This document shows positions 9,535 to 18,060 of a stretch of DNA of 64,000 nt, piece after piece. The number at the start of each line of letters is the position of its first letter. Position 1 is the first letter of the stretch. Made by a program: the position numbers and the translations under genes. The DNA lies in contig JAEOTA010000054.1 of the NCBI GenBank assembly GCA_016840085.1, positions 104,327 through 168,326 of the forward strand, written 5' to 3'. The stretch comes from Promethearchaeota archaeon. Lineage in GTDB: Archaea; Asgardarchaeota; Lokiarchaeia; Sigyniarchaeales; SOKP01. The notes below the pieces were generated by a model that saw only the letters and a list, made by a program, of their open reading frames with translations, did not search any database and was not told the origin of the DNA.

Positions 9535-11805
9535 TTAATACAATTTTTTCTTAAGGTTTAGTTCTTGATTTAATATGTTATCAATTTTCTTGAAAATTAG
9601 TTTTAATTTTATTGATAAGATATTTTGAACTTTAAGTTTAGAAATTTTAATCTTGTCATTTTCAGATATCTCCTTGATTACTTGTATGGTTATTTCTTGT
9701 CCTTTTTTACCTAACTCTACTAATTTTTGATGGTTAGGAGACCTCGAATTAAATTTTCTAATAGGTATATCTAATGGAAGTTTAAAAATATGTCTTGAAC
9801 TTTTCATTATTTTGACTTGTCTAGTAAAAAAGTTTGAATTCAAGATTGCCGACAAATAATAAGCTTCATCAAGGTTATTAGCATCATAAAAACTTAAATC
9901 CCCCGTTATTAAGAAATTTCCTTGTATAACAGCAGCGTTTAGTGTAGAACCTGAATTGTTATAAACTACTTTGATTTTAGATAGTTGTCTTGAATTTATT
10001 AATTTCCCCCATCTGTCCAAATTTTCCATTAAGGATTTATGTTTAGTTGTGACTTTTTTTTTCTCCAAATATATGTTATTAATTTTATCATAGAATTTTT
10101 TAGCGTTTTTTGGTAAATCTGCATAATTATAGTTTAAATTTCCTTTTGAAAGTGGAAGAAACACTTGATAATAGTCATAAATGATAAATTTCACTAATTC
10201 TGTACTTTTCACCGCATTAAAAATATATTCCTTTTCAACAATCTCTCCTTTAAATTCTCTTTTAATCCAAGGAGGTTTTGCTTTTTTAAAAATTCTATCA
10301 TCAGGATTGATCTTTACATGCCTCTCATTGATATTTTCAGGTGTAATAAAAATTAAATTTCTAGGGTTGAGATCTGCTCCCTTATGAAATAAATCCTTAT
10401 AATATCCTTTTTTAGAAACGATTAACTTCTTACTTTCTTCAATTGATACAAATTTTTTAGTGAATAATCTATTATTTTTTTTTTCTACTCCATATGGAAT
10501 GAGAGTTCTTTTATCTTTTATCTCTAAATCAACCTGACTAAAATAGTCAAGGATCGATTCTTCATCTTTTATAGAATATTGTAAGGTTGGAATCTTCAGA
10601 TTTAGGGAATCTTGAAGGTTATTTGATTTTTGGGCAAATAAGCAAATAAAATCAATATTAAAGATTCTTTCGATATTCTTATTAAATTCCCATATCCTGA
10701 TATTCATAAACCCCTCAAAATTACGGAACCGAGAAGTGTGAGAACCTGTAATTACTCCTTTAGTAATTACAAAGAATATTTTTCCCTTATCTTTTAGATA
10801 TAGGTTGGCTGACTGGTAGAAGAATATAGAAGATATCTCAATATTTAAAATATTTTTTGGCAGAGGTTTGATGTTTAATTGATCAGCCAACTTTTTTACT
10901 TTTTCTTGATATTCTATCGATTGAATATCACTATAAGTGTACCATGGTGGATTTCCAATAACTAGATCAAAACAATTAGCAAATTTATTATGATTGGGGA
11001 ATATTGAATCAAGTTTAAATAAATTAACTTTTATATCATGTATTAAATCTCTTAACAAATATAAAAGGTTAATTTTTGTAAGGTAAATAGATAAGGGATT
11101 TATGTCAAAACCGTATAGATTATTAAGTGCCATTATTTTTTGTTCATTACTTTTATTTGAGGCAAGTATGACTTTAACAATTTCTATCAAGAAATTTCCT
11201 GTTCCACAGCAAGGATCCAAAACATTTTCACCAATTATATACGTTGTTTCAACCATTTTTTTGACTAAGAAAGGTGGAGTATAATATTCACCAGTTTTAT
11301 GGCGAATTAATGGAGAAATAAAGTTTTGAATGAAATAATCAAAAAAAAACTCAGGATCAATTTTTAAATTTGATAGGTGATAATATAGTTTCTTAATAAG
11401 TTCATTAAATGCATTTATATCCTTTTCGATAGAAAGTGTTAAAATTGGTTCGAAATAATTAAATTCAAAAATTTTAATATTCTTATAGCTAGCTTCTACT
11501 TCTTCTATAATTTTCTTGTATTTTTCTATAGGATTATTCTGTTTAAATAAATAAGATTCATTTTTTAGAATATACTTTGAAATCAATTCAAGACTTAATA
11601 AGTAAAGTAAAGATAAAGCAATATATAGCCGTATATTTACATATTCATTCCCGTATATATCTTTAAAATCTTGAATCCATTGCTTGAATCCAATATTGTT
11701 ATTAATCTCATTTTTGATTAAGATTTTTTCTAAATTTTTAATTCTATTAACTATAACTTGTAAATCCAAATTCTTATAGTTATTTATGGATAAATTATCG
11801 ACCAA
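9535..11805 (-). CDS. N6-adenine DNA methyltransferase (gamma class) with C-terminal target-recognition region
   Basis: GEYYTP, VLDPCCGTGNF, GFDINP, VIGNPPW. Confidence 0.88.
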   Translation of the reverse strand: MVDNLSINNYKNLDLQVIVNRIKNLEKILIKNEINNNIGFKQWIQDFKDIYGNEYVNIRLYIALSLLYLLSLELISKYILKNESYLFKQNNPIEKYKKIIEEVEASYKNIKIFEFNYFEPILTLSIEKDINAFNELIKKLYYHLSNLKIDPEFFFDYFIQNFISPLIRHKTGEYYTPPFLVKKMVETTYIIGENVLDPCCGTGNFLIEIVKVILASNKSNEQKIMALNNLYGFDINPLSIYLTKINLLYLLRDLIHDIKVNLFKLDSIFPNHNKFANCFDLVIGNPPWYTYSDIQSIEYQEKVKKLADQLNIKPLPKNILNIEISSIFFYQSANLYLKDKGKIFFVITKGVITGSHTSRFRNFEGFMNIRIWEFNKNIERIFNIDFICLFAQKSNNLQDSLNLKIPTLQYSIKDEESILDYFSQVDLEIKDKRTLIPYGVEKKNNRLFTKKFVSIEESKKLIVSKKGYYKDLFHKGADLNPRNLIFITPENINERHVKINPDDRIFKKAKPPWIKREFKGEIVEKEYIFNAVKSTELVKFIIYDYYQVFLPLSKGNLNYNYADLPKNAKKFYDKINNIYLEKKKVTTKHKSLMENLDRWGKLINSRQLSKIKVVYNNSGSTLNAAVIQGNFLITGDLSFYDANNLDEAYYLSAILNSNFFTRQVKIMKSSRHIFKLPLDIPIRKFNSRSPNHQKLVELGKKGQEITIQVIKEISENDKIKISKLKVQNILSIKLKLIFKKIDNILNQELNLKKKLY

Positions 11806-11920
11806 AAACTAAAACTCCTCTTTCATTATTGCCTAACATAATCAATGAATTAATATTTAAATATTAATTAAATATTTCAATATTATTTATTAGTCAAAAA
11901 TTAATTGAAGAATCTCAATT

Positions 11921-12508
11921 TTGACATCAACAGAAATCAAGCTTTCCAAGAAACTTGAGAATGGAATTGAATTTTCTTGCCAGATGTGTGGTTCTTGTTG
12001 CAGGGGATTAAACGAAGGCGAAGTATATTTATATAAGGATGATATCCTTAGATTAGCTAATTTTTTAAATCTAAAGGATAAAAGCGGTTTAAGAGAATTT
12101 GCAAAAAAATATCTTAAAATTATTAATACATCTTTTTATTGGAAAGAACCAAAAGCACAAAGAGGAAAAACATATAAATTTAAAACACTTGCTTTCAAAT
12201 TTACAGGAGAGGATGAGCGTTGCCATTTCTTAGTGGATAATTCATGTAGGGTTCATGAACATAGACCATTCCAATGTAGGTGTTTTCCTTTTTGGCAAAT
12301 GATGGTCTCAAGTAGAAAGAATTTCATAGATTATACAAAGAAATGCAAAGGTCTACAAATTTCAAAAGGTAGATTTTATTCAAAACAGGAAATATTGAGT
12401 TGGGCAAAAGCAGAAAATAAAATAGAAAAAAATTTCTTTTTAGAAATGAAGAAAAACAATTTTGATATTTTTAAAGTCTATCCTTTTTTATCAAAAGAAA
12501 AACTCTAA
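11921..12508 (+). CDS. YkgJ/UPF0153 cysteine-cluster protein
   Basis: FSCQMCGSCC ... CHFL...CRVHEHRPFQCRCFPFW. Confidence 0.9.
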   Translation: MTSTEIKLSKKLENGIEFSCQMCGSCCRGLNEGEVYLYKDDILRLANFLNLKDKSGLREFAKKYLKIINTSFYWKEPKAQRGKTYKFKTLAFKFTGEDERCHFLVDNSCRVHEHRPFQCRCFPFWQMMVSSRKNFIDYTKKCKGLQISKGRFYSKQEILSWAKAENKIEKNFFLEMKKNNFDIFKVYPFLSKEKL

Positions 12509-12522
12509 AAGGAGGAATATTT

Positions 12523-12903
12523 ATGCCAAAAGGGCTAATTATAATGAAGTATAATAATAGAAGCGGAATAGACATAAAAGCCAGTTTTCCACAGGAAGAA
12601 TTGGATATAAATAGTGGAACTCTAATGAATATTTTTAGTCTACATGAATTTAGCAAACAAGCAGGAATAGCAAGCTTGACAGTAGGAGATATAAATATAG
12701 TAACTTATTATACTGGGGTAGATATGGATTATTTTATTATACTTTTATTAAATGTGCTTGAGAATCCAGAGGATTATGAAGAAGGTTTACAGGAAATTTC
12801 TCAAATAATATTAAAAAATTTAGAAGAAGATAGATATTTAAATATGCTACCTTCTCTTTTTAAACAAATATCTGAAAATCCAAAGAAGAAAGAAAAGGAT
12901 TAA
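12523..12903 (+). CDS. Longin/uDENN-like small alpha/beta protein
   Basis: GLIIMKYNNRSGIDIKASFP N-terminus and beta-beta-alpha-beta-beta-beta-alpha pattern; AGGAGG SD. Confidence 0.55.
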   Translation: MPKGLIIMKYNNRSGIDIKASFPQEELDINSGTLMNIFSLHEFSKQAGIASLTVGDINIVTYYTGVDMDYFIILLLNVLENPEDYEEGLQEISQIILKNLEEDRYLNMLPSLFKQISENPKKKEKD

Positions 12904-13035
12904 CTTTAAAATTTTATTTTTTAATATTGTAAGATTCTATTAATTAATTGTTAATTTTTATTACGAATAATTATTAAAATAGAGACTTATTATAAGACAT
13001 AGAGAAATTCTCTATTATTAAATGAGGAAAGAAAT

Positions 13036-15435
13036 TTGAAAGTAGGATTATTTGTGTGCGATTGCGGGAAGAACATTTCGGGAGTAATTGATACTAAAAA
13101 ATTAATTGATAATTATTCAAATAATCCAGAGTATCCAGAAGTTTTTGTAATAGGAGATCAATATTTATGCTCAGAATTAGGCCTTAATAAGATAATTGAT
13201 GAGATTAAAGAGAAAAAAATTGATAGAGTAGTGATTGCTGCATGTTCATTTAAGCTACATGGATTAGTATTTCGTAAAACTATTGAAAAAGCGGGTATTA
13301 ATAGATTTTTAATATCTTTTGCGAATATTAGGGAGCAAAATTCATGGGTCCATGCAGATGATCCAGAAAAGGCAACAAGAAAAGCTATTGATCAAATTAA
13401 TATGAGTATAGAACAAGTTAAACTATTAGAGCCTTTAGAAGTTCAATATTCTGAAGTTGTTCCTTCTACTTTAATTGTAGGGGGTGGAATTGCAGGTATC
13501 AAAGCTGCCTTAGTAATCGCAGATGCGGGTTATAAAGTATATTTAGTAGAGAGGGAACCAACAATTGGAGGACATATGGCTCTATTCGATAAAACATTCC
13601 CTACTTTAGATTGTTCGATTTGTATTTTGGGCCCTTTGATGTCTGAGGTAAATGATAATCCAAATATAGAGCTTCTAACTTATTCTGAGCTAGAGAAAGT
13701 TGAAGGATATATTGGAAATTTTGATATTAAAATAAAGAAAAATCCTCGATTTATTAAAGAGGATGATTGTGTGGGGTGTATTGATATCTGTCGAGAAGTA
13801 TGTCCAATAGATATAGAAGATACTTTTTTTCCACGAAAAGCAATTGATGTTCCTTATCCTCAAGCCATTCCATTATACCCTAATATTTTAGAAGAATATT
13901 GTATAGGATGTAAAGCATGTGAACAAGCTTGTGATAGAGATGCAATTGATTTCAATCAGCCTCCTGAAATTATAGATATTCAAGTAGGATCAATTATAGT
14001 TGCTACTGGTTTAAAAACGTTTGATCCGTCTGTACTTGGAGAATATAATTATCAAAAACATCCAGACATTATAACTTCAATGGAAACGGAAAGGTTACTT
14101 AATAATGATGGTCCTACGCATGGGAAAATTATAAGACCTTCAAATGGTAAACCACCAAAAAAAGTCTCCTTTATTTTATGCGTGGGATCTCGCAATAAGC
14201 AAATACATCGTGAATATTGTAGTCAAGTGTGTTGTAATTCATCAATTAAACAAGCTGTTTTAATTAAAAAAGAACATCCCGAAACTGAAATCAATATATA
14301 TTATAATGACATTAGAGCTGTAAGTAAGAATTGTGAAGAATTTTATAATAGGGCTCGAGAAACATTTGGAATTAGATTTATAAAGAGTAATATCTCCGCA
14401 GTGTTAAAAAGTGACATATCAGACGAATTATTAGTAAGGGGAGAAGATATAATTGAAGATAAATTATTTGAAAATAAAACAGATTTAGTGATATTAGCAG
14501 TTGGTATTGAACCCGCCGAGGGTACTGATGAGCTAAGTATATTACTAAACATCTCCCAAGATCCTTATGGATTTCTATTAGAGAAGCATTTAAAAGTAAA
14601 ACCTTCTGAAAGTTCTGTTAATGGAATTTTCTTAGCTGGTGCAATTCAAGGACCAAAGGATATTCCTAACAGTATTGCCCAAGCTGAGAGTGCTGCTGCA
14701 AAATCAATTGCTTTAATTGCTAAAGGTCAAGTAGAACTTGAACCCCACGTAGTAATTTTTTATCCTGATAAATGCAATCTCTGTAGATTATGTGAGAACA
14801 TTTGTATGTTTAATGCTTTAAGTATTGAAGGTGATCAATTAAAAATTACTCAAGTTAATTGTACAGGCTGCGGAGCTTGTGCTGCTATGTGTCCTGAAGA
14901 CGCTCTTTATATTCCAGGATTTACTAAAGCACAAATATCTACGCAAATACAGACAGTGTTAAAGAAAAAAAGTGAATCACCTTTAATTCTTGCTTATTTA
15001 TGTAACTGGTGCTCATATTTAGGAGCTGATCTAGCTGGAACAAGTAAATTGACATATCCTACTAATGTAAGGATAATTCATGTAATGTGTACGGCTATGC
15101 TTAATCCATCTTTAATTTTTGAAAGTTTTTTTTATGGAGCTGATGGAGTTCTTATTGCGGGGTGTTATCCTCAAGATTGTCATTACCAAGAGGGGTTTAA
15201 TAAGGCTAGAATTAGATATGAAAGTATTAAAGAGATGTTAATAGAAGCGGGTATAAATGAACAACGGTTAAAAATCACTAGTATTTCTGCTGGAGAAGGG
15301 GAAAAATTTGCTCGGACTATTGCAGAATTTAAGGAAGAATTAAATAATTTAGGGTCAATTCAGCCAAATGAATATTCAAAATCTATTGCATATAAAGAAG
15401 AAGTGAAAGATAAAGCAAGATTGGATGAAATATAA
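13036..15435 (+). CDS. hdrA: Heterodisulfide reductase subunit A fused to MvhD
   Basis: VGLFVCDCG, NIREQNSW, GGGIAG, DKTFPTLDCSICIL, CVGSR, YCSQVCC; C-terminal CNWCSYLGAD...VMCT...DGVLIAGC...CHY (MvhD). Confidence 0.93.
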   Translation: MKVGLFVCDCGKNISGVIDTKKLIDNYSNNPEYPEVFVIGDQYLCSELGLNKIIDEIKEKKIDRVVIAACSFKLHGLVFRKTIEKAGINRFLISFANIREQNSWVHADDPEKATRKAIDQINMSIEQVKLLEPLEVQYSEVVPSTLIVGGGIAGIKAALVIADAGYKVYLVEREPTIGGHMALFDKTFPTLDCSICILGPLMSEVNDNPNIELLTYSELEKVEGYIGNFDIKIKKNPRFIKEDDCVGCIDICREVCPIDIEDTFFPRKAIDVPYPQAIPLYPNILEEYCIGCKACEQACDRDAIDFNQPPEIIDIQVGSIIVATGLKTFDPSVLGEYNYQKHPDIITSMETERLLNNDGPTHGKIIRPSNGKPPKKVSFILCVGSRNKQIHREYCSQVCCNSSIKQAVLIKKEHPETEINIYYNDIRAVSKNCEEFYNRARETFGIRFIKSNISAVLKSDISDELLVRGEDIIEDKLFENKTDLVILAVGIEPAEGTDELSILLNISQDPYGFLLEKHLKVKPSESSVNGIFLAGAIQGPKDIPNSIAQAESAAAKSIALIAKGQVELEPHVVIFYPDKCNLCRLCENICMFNALSIEGDQLKITQVNCTGCGACAAMCPEDALYIPGFTKAQISTQIQTVLKKKSESPLILAYLCNWCSYLGADLAGTSKLTYPTNVRIIHVMCTAMLNPSLIFESFFYGADGVLIAGCYPQDCHYQEGFNKARIRYESIKEMLIEAGINEQRLKITSISAGEGEKFARTIAEFKEELNNLGSIQPNEYSKSIAYKEEVKDKARLDEI

Positions 15436-15592
15436 AATCTTAAGAAATGAAAATGATATTATAATTTCAATATCTATTACATATGAATATAATTTTTTTA
15501 TTGGTATTTCTCTTATTATTTTTAGTAATGGTGAATATTATAATTATATCTAATGAAAATTCAAATTCAAATTTCCTAATAGTGAATCTTCT

Positions 15593-16879
15593 ATGAAAGT
15601 GAGAGCAATAACGATTGGAAATATTATACCCTTCTTATATAAAAATGAAACAATTTTATCTTTCTTACAAGAGAACCTGAATAGTTTCTCAGCTTTAAAT
15701 AATGAATTAATTCATGCGTTAGAACAAATTGGAATAAGTGTTGAAACCAAACGATTTTGTTCTCAACCACTTTTCAGTTTTGATAATAAACTTTTTTATG
15801 AAAAAAATTTAAAAGAGACTCTTGTAGAAATTACCAATCAGTTAAGTTTTTTACAAGATATTCTCAAAGATTACGAATTTGACTACTTTGCATGTTGTAT
15901 GATGCGAGGAGATCAAATTCAGGAGTTAGGGATTTTCGAAAAATTATTGTTAAGTGAAGTTTCAAATTTTATAAAAAATACAGATATCTTTTTTACTTCA
16001 TTACCAGTTGCCTCTACACAAGAAGGAATCAATATTACCGCATTAAAATCTGGTGCTAAAATAATAAAGCAACTTTCAGAACCAGATCCATTTAAAAATT
16101 TAAATTTTTGTGTATCTGCCAATGTGGGTCCAAATTATCCATTTTTCCCTGCAGCATATCATTTTTCAGACAAACCAGCATTTTCTCTTGCTTTAGAAAT
16201 GGCAGACGAAGTAATAGATGCTATAGAAAACTCAAATAGTTTAAAGGACGCTCAATTTAATTTATTAGCAAAGTTTAATAAAATCTATGACGATATAACA
16301 AAAATTTGCGAGAAAATTGGACGAAATTTCGATATAGAATTTAAAGGAATAGATCTTTCTCCTGCACCCTTTCCGGAAATAGAAAAAAGTATTGGTACTG
16401 CCATAGAAAAATTAGGTGTTGAGTATTTTGGAGCTATTGGTACACTTACTGGAGTTGCGTTAATAAAAAACTCTATACCCGTTGATAAAGAAAAAGTGAT
16501 AGGATTTTCTGGTTTTATGCAGCCTGTGTTAGAAGACTTCATTTTATCTAAAAGATTGGCTGAAAATAAATTCAACTTAGATTCACTTCTATTATATTCC
16601 ACTATGTGTGGTACTGGTCTTGATGTTGTTCCATTACCAGGTGATATTACTGAACAAGAGTTGTTTTATATTTTACTAGATATATGTACTATTTCTGTCA
16701 CTTTAAACAAGCCCTTAACAGCTAGGTTAATGCCAATACCCGGAAGAGACATTGGTGATGATGTTGAGTTTGATTTTGAGTATTTTGCACCTTCAAAGAT
16801 TATTAACTTTCGAAGGCTAACTGGCGAAAATAAAAATGATTTATTTAATAGTAATGAAAAGACAATAAAATTCTTCTAA
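15593..16879 (+). CDS. DUF711 family protein
   Basis: MKVRAITIG, PFFPAAYH, GIDLSPAP, GFSGFMQPVLED, CGTGLDVVPLPG, KPLTARLMP. Confidence 0.85.
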   Translation: MKVRAITIGNIIPFLYKNETILSFLQENLNSFSALNNELIHALEQIGISVETKRFCSQPLFSFDNKLFYEKNLKETLVEITNQLSFLQDILKDYEFDYFACCMMRGDQIQELGIFEKLLLSEVSNFIKNTDIFFTSLPVASTQEGINITALKSGAKIIKQLSEPDPFKNLNFCVSANVGPNYPFFPAAYHFSDKPAFSLALEMADEVIDAIENSNSLKDAQFNLLAKFNKIYDDITKICEKIGRNFDIEFKGIDLSPAPFPEIEKSIGTAIEKLGVEYFGAIGTLTGVALIKNSIPVDKEKVIGFSGFMQPVLEDFILSKRLAENKFNLDSLLLYSTMCGTGLDVVPLPGDITEQELFYILLDICTISVTLNKPLTARLMPIPGRDIGDDVEFDFEYFAPSKIINFRRLTGENKNDLFNSNEKTIKFF

Positions 16880-16956
16880 TAAAATTTTTTAGAAGACTTA
16901 TCTAATTATCTTGTGAAGAGTTATTAATTTTGGAATAAAAAAATCCAAATTAAATA

Positions 16957-17403
16957 ATGAACAATAGAAGAAAAATAAAAAGTTTAAAATTCTTCAATGA
17001 GGCTGCTGAATATCTTGATAAATTCAATACTAAAGATATTCTATTAAATGAAGGATTTGTAGGAAATAGATCCAATACAAATTACCTCAGAGATGAAATG
17101 TTAATTGAATTAAGTAATCTGAGGAATATTATAGCAAACAATCCAGATTTAAAAATAGAATCATTAACAAAAGCAGAAAAGGAAACTTTTTTTGAATTTG
17201 TTAAGTTCTATCACTTATGTCCAATATGTGGAAATCAAAATCATTATTTTAATTTAAAGCAACTCTTTTTTGACGAAGAGAAACAAGCTCTTAAACAAGA
17301 ATTAATACGATTAATGAAGTATAAAAACAAGAAATTAAAGAAGTTTAATCTCAATTTAGGAGTTCCCTGTTGTGATTGCTACAAAAAAATAATATCTGAA
17401 TAA
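16957..17403 (+). CDS. Hypothetical Zn-binding protein
   Basis: CPICG and PCCDC motifs. Confidence 0.7.
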   Translation: MNNRRKIKSLKFFNEAAEYLDKFNTKDILLNEGFVGNRSNTNYLRDEMLIELSNLRNIIANNPDLKIESLTKAEKETFFEFVKFYHLCPICGNQNHYFNLKQLFFDEEKQALKQELIRLMKYKNKKLKKFNLNLGVPCCDCYKKIISE

Positions 17404-17416
17404 TAAGATTATCTAA

Positions 17417-17749
17417 TTATTTTAAATAATCAACTACTTGTCCACTTTGAGTAATCTCGTAATAGATATTGTTTTCCTCTTCGATTTTTTTAATACAAAA
17501 AGCTTTGATTAAGTAATCCATATTATAATTAAGTGAAGACTCATCATTAATTACGGATTTATCTAAAAGAGCTTTAAGTAAATTCTCTTTAGAGATTTTT
17601 TTAACCCTATTAACTAGAATTAAGATTTTGCGTCGAATTGGATGATTTACGGCTTTAAGATATAAGGAGTGTAAGTATCTTGTGCCTTCTACAGTTTTCC
17701 CATATTCTTCCATTGATTTATAGTTTTTAAAATCGAATTCATCAGGCAT
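17417..17749 (-). CDS. Winged-helix (ArsR-like) DNA-binding protein
   Basis: KAVNHPIRRKIL ... LNYNMDYL ... YYEITQSG. Confidence 0.75.
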   Translation of the reverse strand: MPDEFDFKNYKSMEEYGKTVEGTRYLHSLYLKAVNHPIRRKILILVNRVKKISKENLLKALLDKSVINDESSLNYNMDYLIKAFCIKKIEEENNIYYEITQSGQVVDYLK

Positions 17750-18060
17750 AGTTCTGTAAAATCTTCTTAAAAAAAAAAATTTTTCTATTCAGATTATATT
17801 TTGTATTATTCCAATCTGCAATTTCTTGTATTGAGAAATCTTTTAGTTAGAATTTCTCAAAAATTCTAATACTTATTTTTAGTTTCGGGCATAGAGGCTC
17901 GATGCGAAGAATACTCTCTTAATTTTCGATAAACGTTAACAGTCTGACTTAACATTTTCCAGATTAAATAATTCTAGTGAAATTTCTTTCTGTATGAAAA
18001 TTATAATATATTTATATACAAACTTGAATTATTGTATAATTGGACAAGAGAGGCGATTAA

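Noticed and set aside
13036-15600. Selenocysteine recoding or SECIS for hdrA-mvhD
   Set aside because: No in-frame TGA and no convincing SECIS-like hairpin downstream
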